DNA of 58,420 nt from a virus (lineage: Duplodnaviria; Caudoviricetes): IMG/VR virus record IMGVR_UViG_3300026543_000167, positions 1 to 58,420 of that record; one strand, given 5' to 3'. Made by a program: the position numbers and the translations under genes. Shown here piece by piece: positions 18,323 to 27,491 of the stretch (its first letter is position 1; each line of letters opens with the position of its first letter). The notes under the pieces were generated by a model. That model had not been told where the DNA came from. It did no database searches and was given only the letters and a program-made list of their open reading frames with translations.

Positions 18323-18347
18323 ATCCCCAAACAAATAGGGAAGTTTA

Positions 18348-18605
18348 TCAAACCATATCGACGGTTTGGACAGGATGCCTACCGAAATACTCTTCCAATT
18401 CCGAAATTTTATAATAGACAATATTATTTGTTTTATAATAACGCGGGCCGATTTTTAGGTAACGCCAATTGGCCCATGTCTGTCGGGATATCCCAATTAT
18501 TACTTTATCGATGGCACGAGCAGCAACAAATAAAGGTTGGAATTCGCCCTTTGGAAATTCAATGACATGGATTTTTGCAGACTTAGAAGTTTTTTTCATC
18601 CCCAT
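18348..18605 (-). CDS. Excisionase-like HTH protein
   Basis: GISRQTWANWR...GPRYYK....VYY.I.EL. Confidence 0.7.
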   Translation of the reverse strand: MGMKKTSKSAKIHVIEFPKGEFQPLFVAARAIDKVIIGISRQTWANWRYLKIGPRYYKTNNIVYYKISELEEYFGRHPVQTVDMV

Positions 18606-18878
18606 CCCAAATAATTTTTATAGATCATTTCATAAGACGTGCGCCGTGTTACGTCACTTAACGTAGTCCTTTACCACGGTGCGACGGTCTGTATCAAACC
18701 ACCGGTACTCATTCTCTAAATTTTCCCATTAGAGAATAAGCCGCACATCTTAATTTATCGACATAAATTGTCATTTTAATTAATTTCTGACCACATTTTA
18801 TTTAAAACAACAAAAAAAAATCCAGGGAAACATATTGTAAAATTGGATGATTTGTATATTCGCATAGGCTTTTGTTAT

Positions 18879-18895
18879 TCGGCATGTGATTTGCA
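18879..18895 (+). promoter_or_regulatory. Putative sigma54 (-24/-12) promoter of the pilin gene
   Basis: tcGGCAtgtgatTTGCa has GG-N10-GC spacing. GACA-N5-TGTC at 18760-18772 is a candidate enhancer. Confidence 0.6.
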
Positions 18896-18941
18896 CACGA
18901 TGTAAATATACAATTTATAGAAATCAAAAAGGAGCCAATCG

Positions 18942-19361
18942 ATGTTATCCAAATTGAAAGTACAGAAAAATCAAAAGGGTTTCACCCTGATCGAATTGCT
19001 TATCGTAGTAGCGATCATCGGTATTTTGGCCGCTGTAGCCATACCTCAGTTCGCTCAGTATCGGGCCAGAGCGAATGCCGCCCAAGTCACTTCAGATCTA
19101 CATAATGTTTATTTGTCTTGTAAAGCTTTTTGGGGCACCGGGACCAACACCTCAATAACCCCTTGTACTCTTGGTGATATTGGGGGAAATCTCTATGGTT
19201 GGATTCAAACCCTTGGAACAGATACACCTGTAATTGTTGATGGACTAGAACGAACTTTTGAAGCAACCGGTGGCCATCCCAACGTTCAAGATGATGCGGG
19301 TGCAACGGTTGTATTTACTGTTAACGATGCTGGTGCCATTACTAACCCGGACGGCTTCTAA
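18942..19361 (+). CDS. pilA: Type IV major pilin-like protein
   Basis: QKG|[23 protein letters not shown]-methylation leader. Confidence 0.9.
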   Translation: MLSKLKVQKNQKGFTLIELLIVVAIIGILAAVAIPQFAQYRARANAAQVTSDLHNVYLSCKAFWGTGTNTSITPCTLGDIGGNLYGWIQTLGTDTPVIVDGLERTFEATGGHPNVQDDAGATVVFTVNDAGAITNPDGF

Positions 19362-19412
19362 TAAAGTTTAAAAGGCGCGGCGTTTTCTTGCCGGTTTACG
19401 CTTGCTTAACAA

Positions 19413-19457
19413 GCGAGGGGGATCAAAATTCTGCATTGATCCCCCTCGTGCCTTTTT
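19413..19457 (+). terminator. Intrinsic terminator after the pilin gene
   Basis: CGAGGGGGATCAA...TTGATCCCCCTCG hairpin followed by a T run. Confidence 0.7.
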
Positions 19458-19475
19458 AAATCATCCTCATCCCCA

Positions 19476-19691
19476 TCATGATTGTTCTTTGAATCGGACT
19501 CTTGATTCCAACCATTCTTCAATTTCATCTTCAAACCATCCAACCCGTTTTTCAGTAAGCAAAACCCTTTGAGGGAACCGTCCAGCCTTTTCTTCGCGCC
19601 AAATTGTGGTGTAACTCAAACCACATTTTTTGATAACTTCTTTTTTTGTGAGAATATTACGCATATTAATTACCCATTTTTTTTGATTCAT
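19476..19691 (-). CDS. AlpA-family regulator/excisionase
   Basis: EVIKKCGLSYTTIWR.EKAG.FP.RV.L...RVGW.E.EIEEW. Confidence 0.9.
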   Translation of the reverse strand: MNQKKWVINMRNILTKKEVIKKCGLSYTTIWREEKAGRFPQRVLLTEKRVGWFEDEIEEWLESRVRFKEQS

Positions 19692-19955
19692 TTAATCATT
19701 TGGTCTTGGAATCTCAACCAACAGGCCAAACATCAATTTTCCAAAAAAAGTAAACGCCTCATTAGGCTCATGGGATAACATATCGTCTTCATAACCAAAT
19801 ACTTTAAATTCATAATCGTCGATCATCACTATTTGGTTTAAATCCTTTAATTTTTTCATTTCCTGGAAAGTTATTAGTCCATTAGGAATAACAATTTTCA
19901 TCATCATACCAGGTTGCTTCGTTTTGCGTTCTTCTACCAAAAAGAATTTTAACAT
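19692..19955 (-). CDS. Hypothetical protein
   Basis: Abuts the AlpA-family gene. Confidence 0.45.
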   Translation of the reverse strand: MLKFFLVEERKTKQPGMMMKIVIPNGLITFQEMKKLKDLNQIVMIDDYEFKVFGYEDDMLSHEPNEAFTFFGKLMFGLLVEIPRPND

Positions 19956-19992
19956 TGGAATTACCTTTTATTTAAACGCTATAAATTTGTGA

Positions 19993-20511
19993 CTATTTCA
20001 CAATTATTTCCTTGGTAAACATTTTATAAATAAGAGACGCAAATAAGGTGACCCCAGCTAGAAAAAATGAAGCACCCGATACCTGGGCAATAAGGCTCAC
20101 CGCTTCCTTTGCTTGGTGCGTGCCGCCCATTGCTGGAGCAAGTAATCCCGCCAACAACCAGAAAGCTCCATAACCTAAACTTCCGAGTCCACTCAATAGG
20201 GAAACGCCATTTTGAATTTTGGGATGGGAATTGAAAAAGACAATCAATAGGGAAAAGGCAATGGCGATGACGCCCATGGTTTGTGAATGCAGATGAGCAC
20301 GTTTAAGGTAGACCCAGGATTTACTGATAACTTTATCCATTTTTTCCTGTACACCGCCATATTTTTCCTGGGCAACAGAATCGGCCTGTGTTTTCAGAAA
20401 CCCTTTTATATCATCTTCACAACAACCGAACGAAAGCCCCATCGATCCGCCAAACAAAATAGCGACCACGGCGAGGAGAATTCCATATTTAACGTGAGTG
20501 AACTGAATCAT
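19993..20511 (-). CDS. Multi-pass membrane protein
   Basis: About 4 TM helices and the RAHLHS motif. Start trimmed to MIQF. Confidence 0.65.
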   Translation of the reverse strand: MIQFTHVKYGILLAVVAILFGGSMGLSFGCCEDDIKGFLKTQADSVAQEKYGGVQEKMDKVISKSWVYLKRAHLHSQTMGVIAIAFSLLIVFFNSHPKIQNGVSLLSGLGSLGYGAFWLLAGLLAPAMGGTHQAKEAVSLIAQVSGASFFLAGVTLFASLIYKMFTKEIIVK

Positions 20512-20528
20512 AATAGAGTCCTTTTTAA

Positions 20529-21581
20529 TTATTTTACATCCCAGACCTTCATGTGTTCTTTCAAGGTTTCCCTTTTTAACCTGGCATATACCAACGTCGA
20601 CCGGATATCCGCATGGCCGAGAATCTTCTGAACCACTTCGAGGGGAACACCAGCGTTGATCATAAAACACGCCGAAAAATGCCTAAAATGATGAAAACTG
20701 GCCCATTGGAATCCGGCGCGTCTGAAAGATCGTAGAACCTGATTTGTCATAGCCTTTGCTTTGATCCCAGGGAAAAACAAATCTTCGTCGCCCAGAGGCC
20801 AGACCTTGATTTGCTTAAAGACATTGCGTAATTTTGCATTAATAGGAATGCTGACCGGGCGTCCGGTTTTGGTTTGGTGGACTTCGATCCACCCAGCCAT
20901 AAGGTTGACATTCTTTTTCTTAAGGTTGACAACGTTGCCCATGCGCAAGGAAGAATAGGCGGCAACCAAACAAGGTAGTCTGTAGACTCCACAAACAAAG
21001 TTGTGGATAACATTCAGCACATCGGACTCCTCTAGGATCTGAGTTTCATCAAACCGTTCCCCTTTATTCTCGAATTTCAGCTTGGGTAGCTGAAAATTAC
21101 GATTTCCCAGACAAACTATTTTTTTCAGGCAACGGAATTCCTTTTTAAGAGTACTTTCCGGTTTATGCTTATTGGCTTCATGGTATTTAAAAACTTCATA
21201 TTCATTGATTTCCCCGATCTTAAAATCGGAAAAATACGGAACCAGGTGGCAACGGATAAGGATCTCTTCCCTTACCGTGGCATTTGGAAGGAATTCATGA
21301 ACCGCCTCCATGAAATCTCTTTTAAATGAATTATATTCCCCTCTTTCTACAGCAAGCTCTAATTCAGCGAATTTTTTGCGAGCCAACCGTTCGTCTGTGG
21401 TGCCCAGGCAATCCCGGATTCTCAGCCCGTTGATGCGTTTCTGGGCATACCATATCTTGTTAACTCCTCTCTGTACCATATATTCGGCCATCGGTTCCTC
21501 CCTTTCGGAATACCGAGGCCATCGACCTTTCCAGTGGGTTGCACTATATACCACACTTTTTCTTTTGATGGAATTGGTCAT
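20529..21581 (-). CDS. int: Tyrosine integrase
   Basis: Catalytic residues R (SLRMG), K (QTKTG), HxxR (FHHFRH), LGH and Y (LVYA). Confidence 0.93.
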   Translation of the reverse strand: MTNSIKRKSVVYSATHWKGRWPRYSEREEPMAEYMVQRGVNKIWYAQKRINGLRIRDCLGTTDERLARKKFAELELAVERGEYNSFKRDFMEAVHEFLPNATVREEILIRCHLVPYFSDFKIGEINEYEVFKYHEANKHKPESTLKKEFRCLKKIVCLGNRNFQLPKLKFENKGERFDETQILEESDVLNVIHNFVCGVYRLPCLVAAYSSLRMGNVVNLKKKNVNLMAGWIEVHQTKTGRPVSIPINAKLRNVFKQIKVWPLGDEDLFFPGIKAKAMTNQVLRSFRRAGFQWASFHHFRHFSACFMINAGVPLEVVQKILGHADIRSTLVYARLKRETLKEHMKVWDVK

Positions 21582-21767
21582 TGATTTTATATGGACATTA
21601 ATTTCTGTAACGTTTCTTTGGGGATTAATTCTTTAATGGACGTTTTCAAGGATATATTGTCTCTTTTGTGCTTTTCTTTGGGAAATTGATTGACCTTCTC
21701 AGAATTGTAAAGCCGCTTTTTTTTCAGCTTTTTCCTTTCTTTCCAAGCTTTTTCTAAATCAGTCATT

Positions 21768-21998
21768 TCAGTTATTCGTTGAAAATAAACGTGTGTGAAA
21801 ATCCTTTATTTTCATCGGAGTTATCTTTTTTTTAAGACGGAGAATTTCCACTTCTTGCTCTATAGTGATTTTAGTCATCGTTAAAGTCAGTTTTATAGAT
21901 TCAACGCGACCTTTCTCGAAACCCAGTTTGTACCAAAACCAAATATTAAAGGCCCAAGCTACAATAAAAATTAGCAGCCATAAAGATCCCATTATCAC
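21768..21998 (-). CDS. Hypothetical membrane protein
   Basis: N-terminal TM helix. Confidence 0.5.
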   Translation of the reverse strand: MIMGSLWLLIFIVAWAFNIWFWYKLGFEKGRVESIKLTLTMTKITIEQEVEILRLKKKITPMKIKDFHTRLFSTNN

Positions 21999-22381
21999 TC
22001 CTCCATTTTTACACTTGCCACATTCTTTCTTTTAGTGGGATTCCGATTCCTGTTAACCGTAAAACCGTTTTTAATAAGTTTTCGTCTTTTTTTAAAATAG
22101 TCATTTAAATATTGTCTGGTGCATTTAGGTGAGCAGTTTTTCACTTTGGAGTGAGTGGGATCAAAATATTTTTTGCACCAAACGCAAGGTTTAGGGAAAT
22201 GTTTTTTTGCGCGGCTTTTCTTTGTTTTACTTTTCTGCCATCCTTCGCGGAATTTATTGGAAGTCTGGCTTCCCAGTGGATCAGGGTTGAATTGATCCCA
22301 GAATCTTTTTTTTAGAGAAGTTTGGCTATGTATTGTCTCCAATTCACCATTTGGCTTATATACTTTACATTCATAGATCAT
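21995..22381 (-). CDS. Zn-finger hypothetical protein directly downstream of array 2
   Basis: CVWC...F.P......CSPKC. Confidence 0.6.
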   Translation of the reverse strand: MIYECKVYKPNGELETIHSQTSLKKRFWDQFNPDPLGSQTSNKFREGWQKSKTKKSRAKKHFPKPCVWCKKYFDPTHSKVKNCSPKCTRQYLNDYFKKRRKLIKNGFTVNRNRNPTKRKNVASVKMEE

Positions 22382-22399
22382 TTACTGATTCCTTTAGAA

Positions 22400-23445
22400 T
22401 GAAACGCTCAGCACTGGTGGTTTTCTTGTTCCCGTTGGCTCGCTTGATCTTCATGGGTTTCTTTGACAAAATGGCACGCTAAATTAGTATGGGTTTCTTC
22501 ATTTTCGTGACCCGCTTTGGGATAGTGGGTTTCTTTGAGAATCTGGCACGCTCCGTTTTCATGGGTTTCTATATTTCATTGACACGCTAGTTTAGAATGG
22601 GTTTCTTTATTTTCGTGACCCGCTCTGTGGGTTGGGTTTTCTTCGGACTTTTGGCTCGCTTGCATCTTATGGGTTTCTTTTAGGATTTGACTCGCTACTT
22701 TGTTTTGGATTGCTCGTCGGAATTGACACGCTCCTTCATTTGGTTTTCTTCTTATGATTGACACGCTAATCTAATGTGGGTTACTTTTCTCCTATGACAC
22801 GCTAATCTCCTCTGGTTTTCTTCAAACGGTTGACACGCTTCAAAGATTTGGTTTTCTCTCTCTCATGACTCGCTAATACTTTTGGTTTTCTGAATAGAAT
22901 TGGCACGCTTTATTTTTCTGGTTTTCTTAATCGTAGTGACACGCTTTCTCATCATGGGTTTCTAAAATTGGATGGCTCGCTAGATAACCATGGTTTTCTT
23001 CGATTCCGTGACGCGCTTAAGAGTTATGGTTTACTAAATCTGTATGACTCGCTTACTCTTTTTGGGTTTCTTAGATGTGATGACTCGCTTTCTTTTTTTG
23101 GGTTTCTTAGATATGATGACGCGCTCCTTTCTTGTGGGTTCCTAGTCAACATTGACACGCTTAAAGCTCGTGGTTTTCTCGCCCAACATGGCACGCTTTC
23201 GTTTTTTGGATTTCTTCACTTAAATGGCACGCTTAACAACAATGGTTTACTCATGGAGTATGACTCGCTCGCAGGTATTGGGTTTCTGAAATGATGTGAC
23301 TCGCTAGGGACCAGTGGTTTTCTTTCTCATGTTGACTCGCTTTCAGAGAGTGGTTTTCTCCCTCGATATGACTCGCTTTCTGTTTCTGGTTTTCTTTGCT
23401 AATTTGGCTCGCTCTATGATATTGGATTTCTTTGTTCGTTTGACT
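22400..23445 (-). repeat. TIGR-type dual-spacer guide-RNA array 2 (29 units, 36-nt period)
   Basis: RNA-strand unit WGYCA-N9-AGAAAMCCA-N9-AGCG. The first AGTCA overlaps the TAG of the upstream Nop-domain gene. Three spacers are 8 nt. Confidence 0.93.
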
Positions 23446-24505
23446 ATCCGGCCTTATGAACCTTTCCTAGCTTGCCCTCAGAATAACTGGTTGAAACAGG
23501 CAATCCTTCAATCGCTCGCCAGTTTTTATGCAAGTCGATTAAAAATTGTTTGATCATATATCGCATGGACATGTTATGGCGGTGTCCTTTGGTCTTTTCG
23601 ATATGGTCAGGATGATTTTCTATCCGGTTTTTATAGTCTCGATAAATAGTGCTATACGGGTTTTCCCCAGCCCGTAAAAAAGAGGAAGCAAGCACACCAA
23701 TCAATTTGGTCTTTAACCAGGGGTTAAAAGTGATCCCCATTTTAAAAGCTACATTTTCATGCTTATCGATATACTCTGTTTGGACCAAATGTTCCTTTTT
23801 CTTGGAACGTCCTTTTTGATCACCAGCCCAAACATAAATTAATTTAGCCTGTAGATTTTCTTCTTTATAAAAAATATGCAATTCATTTGGCGCACCTTCC
23901 TTCTCGAAGTGCGTAAAGTTGAACCTATCTTTAAAAGTCCAAAAAGGTTTTTTCGTAGGGAAATCGTAAGCAATTTTATTAGGATTAATAAGGTTTTCGA
24001 TTCTATCCAATTCCCATTCTGCAACAACATCGAGTCCTGCATATTTCCACAAGCTGGATGGATATTTGCATCGATAAATATCAATTTCCGATATCAACAA
24101 GCCTGCCATCGCCGGACCAATTCCCTTAACGTTTGACAAATAATCAGAATAGATTGGATATTCGTTCAACATCGAACCCAGTCTTTTAAAATGACTGATT
24201 TCCTGGGTTTCTAGGCTGATATACTGGGCGACTAAACAAAGCTCAGTAAACGTGCTGATAATCTGATCGCCTTCAAAACTTGATTGCCGTGGAAAAGTTT
24301 TTACATTGTCCGTAATTTTTTTATAACTTTGCCTGATTTGTATTAGCAATTCTTTCCCCTTTTCATCAAGAGTGTCTTCACTTTCACTAGGCTTTTGGCC
24401 CAGTCGCGCCTTGAAATTGGCAACGATACGATTCCCCATTTGAATACGTAATTTTTGCAAGTCATAAGCACCGCGTACAAATATCTTCAAATTTTCAGTT
24501 TCCAT
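23444..24505 (-). CDS. TIGR-associated (Tas) Nop-domain RNA-guided protein, TasA-like with an internal insertion
   Basis: N-terminal coiled coil (YDLQKLRIQMGNR); IS110/Nop-like L..VKGIGP..AG.LISEI...SSLWKYAGL; FNP.LKTKL...Y..YK.R...H...A/SMR.MIK.FL.DL. No N-terminal DEDD/RuvC domain. Abuts the array. Confidence 0.85.
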   Translation of the reverse strand: METENLKIFVRGAYDLQKLRIQMGNRIVANFKARLGQKPSESEDTLDEKGKELLIQIRQSYKKITDNVKTFPRQSSFEGDQIISTFTELCLVAQYISLETQEISHFKRLGSMLNEYPIYSDYLSNVKGIGPAMAGLLISEIDIYRCKYPSSLWKYAGLDVVAEWELDRIENLINPNKIAYDFPTKKPFWTFKDRFNFTHFEKEGAPNELHIFYKEENLQAKLIYVWAGDQKGRSKKKEHLVQTEYIDKHENVAFKMGITFNPWLKTKLIGVLASSFLRAGENPYSTIYRDYKNRIENHPDHIEKTKGHRHNMSMRYMIKQFLIDLHKNWRAIEGLPVSTSYSEGKLGKVHKAG

Positions 24506-24567
24506 ATTTTCACAACCCCTTTATTGTGTTTTTATTGCAATTAACTTCATTTAAATAAATACAGACA

Positions 24568-24915
24568 TCATCCAACTACCCGCTCAAACTTGGTGATCTC
24601 ACCCTTTTTAACGTCCAGATGCTCCATAGGCAAGGAATGCTTACTCAATCGAATTTCAACCCCGTTTATTAGGTCTTTTAATTCCTCTTTATCATGCGCT
24701 ATTTTTTTTTCCCTGGTAGGTCCTCTTAAATGCAATTCATTAACATGAATACGCCAAGATGTGATTGTGTAAACGCAATCCGGACACCACTGGTGCTCGT
24801 TGCCTACCACAATGATGGTCATTATTTTTGGGGTTTTGCCTGCATTAACTACCTCGTCGTTTCCACAATGTCCGCATTTATAGTGATCTTTTTTAACTGG
24901 ATTCATAAGATTCAA
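24568..24915 (-). CDS. Hypothetical Zn-ribbon protein
   Basis: CGHC...WCPDC. Confidence 0.5.
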   Translation of the reverse strand: MNLMNPVKKDHYKCGHCGNDEVVNAGKTPKIMTIIVVGNEHQWCPDCVYTITSWRIHVNELHLRGPTREKKIAHDKEELKDLINGVEIRLSKHSLPMEHLDVKKGEITKFERVVG

Positions 24916-25250
24916 AGCCTCCGGTATTTTTTTAGAAAGTCATCGATATCCTTCACAATTAGTGACGGTCCCCCAGCACGTTCCCAAATAAACCGATCTT
25001 CTTTTTGATCTGGCTTTTCAGTATCTCCGGGGCGCTTAACCTCGATCCTTGTGGTGATTCCATTTTCCATCACATAAACATCAGCCATGCCTGCCATCTT
25101 CGGATTTTTCCGCCACCCCACAAGCAACCATAATTTGCCGAACTTCTTTTTCATCGGAACGGGCAGGACATGAATTTTTCGAGCCCACCCTCCGCGTTTG
25201 CGGATGTAATCAATAATAGCATTTTCAACTTGAGCAGCTGTTACTTTCAT
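24912..25250 (-). CDS. VRR-NUC / PD-(D/E)xK nuclease
   Basis: GMADV...IEVKRPG...Q......GG. Confidence 0.8.
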   Translation of the reverse strand: MKVTAAQVENAIIDYIRKRGGWARKIHVLPVPMKKKFGKLWLLVGWRKNPKMAGMADVYVMENGITTRIEVKRPGDTEKPDQKEDRFIWERAGGPSLIVKDIDDFLKKYRRL

Positions 25251-25993
25251 AATTTCAAGAGTCTTTTATAAATCGGAGGCAGTTGTTTCTTCTCAAAAAA
25301 AAACTCATGGTCTTTATATCCTGTATCAAAAAAAATAAAGCCTGGGGCATAGGACCGACGGATTCCTTTAGCAATTGCGTTTTGCTGAGTTCGGATCTCA
25401 CTACCCACAGCAAATACCAGTTCCTTAAAATATTTCATCCCTTTGGTGCGGATGTGATAAATGAAACGCTCTTGCGCTTTGGCTTTGCCTCTTTTGTGCG
25501 GATATAATTTCCAAACCCTTTCAAACCGCTTTATAAATTGGGAATATTCATCAGAATTTAAAATGTTCCGGGTTAGGTTAGGTTCTTCTTTATTCTTTAT
25601 TCTTTTTTCTTTATTCTTAGTGACGACATTATCGGGAGTGTGTCGGGATCTTTCTGAATACTCATCCCTTTTTTTCAGAAGGTTAGGGCATTCGATTCTA
25701 AGTTTGTTACCTTTTCTTTTTACATTTGTTTTGAGTTCCTTTTGGATTACTTGCAGAAAACAACTCAATTTCTTTCGTTTTGTTTTAAGAATCTCACACC
25801 ATTTCCCCTCGGTGTATACCACATGACAACGGTCAGAACCGCGCTCCATTTTTTTAGCGATAGTTTCAAGCAACCGAAACCATCTTCCGTAACCTTCTAA
25901 TCCAAATTTGTCTATTAACACGTTCAGTCCCTCCGAATCCTCGGCATCGGTATCATGCTTAAACCACTTCATTTTCTTTCCCAATAACGACAA
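25247..25993 (-). CDS. Phage replication initiator-like protein
   Basis: MKWFKHD...LI..FGLEGYG.WF.LLE.IA N-terminus and FE..W..YP...GKAKA C-terminal domain. Confidence 0.7.
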   Translation of the reverse strand: MSLLGKKMKWFKHDTDAEDSEGLNVLIDKFGLEGYGRWFRLLETIAKKMERGSDRCHVVYTEGKWCEILKTKRKKLSCFLQVIQKELKTNVKRKGNKLRIECPNLLKKRDEYSERSRHTPDNVVTKNKEKRIKNKEEPNLTRNILNSDEYSQFIKRFERVWKLYPHKRGKAKAQERFIYHIRTKGMKYFKELVFAVGSEIRTQQNAIAKGIRRSYAPGFIFFDTGYKDHEFFFEKKQLPPIYKRLLKL

Positions 25994-26274
25994 GCTGGAG
26001 AGCGCAATTTAATATCGGTGGCCAGGTGACCCTCGGTTTTGCAAAGGGCGCATTTGTACCAAGATTTTTTCCCTGTTGTATGCCGCCTTTTGTGATCACA
26101 TGACCTGCATGTTTCACACTCAGGGCCACTACCGGGCCGGGCTGGATAACCGGTTTTTAGTTTCCGACCCTTTAAGGGACTGTCTTTGATCCCAGGTAAA
26201 TTGTCTGTCACTTCATTGCCAAATAGGTCTTTCATCTCATTATTTTTAAGCCAGGATCGTATCCCGTTTTTCAA
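25969..26274 (-). CDS. Cys-rich hypothetical protein
   Basis: GY.A.PGSGP..ETC.SC.H...YKC.L...DI...SPAC. Confidence 0.6.
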   Translation of the reverse strand: MKNGIRSWLKNNEMKDLFGNEVTDNLPGIKDSPLKGRKLKTGYPARPGSGPECETCRSCDHKRRHTTGKKSWYKCALCKTEGHLATDIKLRSPACRYWERK

Positions 26275-26647
26275 TTTCTCGTATCCAGGAAGGTTTTATC
26301 CTGCCTTTGAAAATATGCCAATTTTGGCTGTCTTCATGATAATCAAAATCTTTAAAAAAATATTGTCCAAATACCAATTTTATGCTTTTCCAATCCAATA
26401 ATAAATCGTAATGTTTTTTGGGAATATTTATGGTGAGGCGATTTCTTCTTCGATCATAGGGTAGGGTGGAATATTCAGGGTTATGCCATGGCTGTTCATA
26501 GCTCGGATTGATTGTCAACCATTGGCAATCTTTAACAAAGACTAGCTTATTTTTCATGAGAAGGGGGATAACCCCTTGGGTGAGACCTTCATTTCTAATT
26601 CCGTATAAAAATTGATCAGCTGTAAAATGATAAAGCTCCATTATCAT
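26246..26647 (-). CDS. Hypothetical protein, possible ADP-ribosyltransferase-like fold
   Basis: LYHFT.....I..EGL..G...WLT pattern. Confidence 0.45.
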   Translation of the reverse strand: MIMELYHFTADQFLYGIRNEGLTQGVIPLLMKNKLVFVKDCQWLTINPSYEQPWHNPEYSTLPYDRRRNRLTINIPKKHYDLLLDWKSIKLVFGQYFFKDFDYHEDSQNWHIFKGRIKPSWIREIEKRDTILA

Positions 26648-26825
26648 ACCTCTTTTAAATCATCCGTTTTGTCATTCCACCAATCGCCCTGCATAGTGTC
26701 GGCTTCTCCAAAGTGACAAGGGCCGCATAATCCAGACATAGGAACCACTGGGGTTTCTTCACAATTATCGCATTTGCCTTTCCAATCGGGCCGTAATTTA
26801 TTTTTTTCTTTATTTGAAAGACCCA

Positions 26826-27491
26826 TCATTCCGCCCTCCGGATGCCCGTGTCAATCTCCTTGAATTCAACGCCTGGTATTTTGCATTGGCCTTTCGTATT
26901 GCGAATCTGCCGCATGATTTTAGCATTATCTACCAATAGATATTCATGCGGAACATCCGCAACAGTAGGCTCGTTGGTAATTTTCCAATCCTTTTTGAAT
27001 TTTGTTTTGCTCATCAATTGCATAGTGGTGACTTGTTGGGTGACCGGCGGTTCATCCTTCATTTCCCGTAGGGCCTTGGCGACCTCTTGGTTGCCATTAG
27101 TTTCCGCATCTTTAGCCTCCTTTTCGCAGGCGGCGTCATGATCTTTCTTAGCCTTTTCATCGAGCAGGCGTTGTTCTTCTGCTCTCTCAGCATCCCTTTG
27201 CTGTTTATAATTACCCATTTTTACCGTTAATAACTTGGATGCCTCATCGGGCGGCTCGTACAAATTCTTACGAAGATTCGTTGCGGCCTTGTGCGCCTTA
27301 TTTGTGAGATCACAAACAGGGTCGTGATGAAATTTTATAACCTTCATCAAATTTTTACATTCCACCACCTTGTGATCCGCCATTTGATATTCTTGGTCAT
27401 CTGTGATTTCCATCACCTTTGCCCATTCAAATATTGAATGTGACCTCTCTTGGAGCTTGTCGTTAGTTTGTGTTGGTATTAATTGATTCAT
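26826..27491 (-). CDS. Coiled-coil recombination-module protein
   Basis: VP.EYL.VD...I...IPGV C-terminus; adjacent to ERF. Confidence 0.6.
   Translation of the reverse strand: MNQLIPTQTNDKLQERSHSIFEWAKVMEITDDQEYQMADHKVVECKNLMKVIKFHHDPVCDLTNKAHKAATNLRKNLYEPPDEASKLLTVKMGNYKQQRDAERAEEQRLLDEKAKKDHDAACEKEAKDAETNGNQEVAKALREMKDEPPVTQQVTTMQLMSKTKFKKDWKITNEPTVADVPHEYLLVDNAKIMRQIRNTKGQCKIPGVEFKEIDTGIRRAE

Noticed and set aside
22968-23294. Plus-strand ORF with D.L...GFL 12-aa repeats (also 22576-22764 and 23314-23553)
   Set aside because: Artefact of the 36-nt period. Stops and 1-nt indels break the frame, and it is antisense to the operon.
22400-23445. CRISPR array interpretation (also for 8140-8688)
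   Set aside because: The repeats are only 9 nt, of two alternating types, with 9-nt spacers, and no cas genes are present.
23444-24505. IS110 transposase / insertion sequence
   Set aside because: Lacks the N-terminal DEDD RuvC-like domain and sits in the phage early operon next to a guide array.
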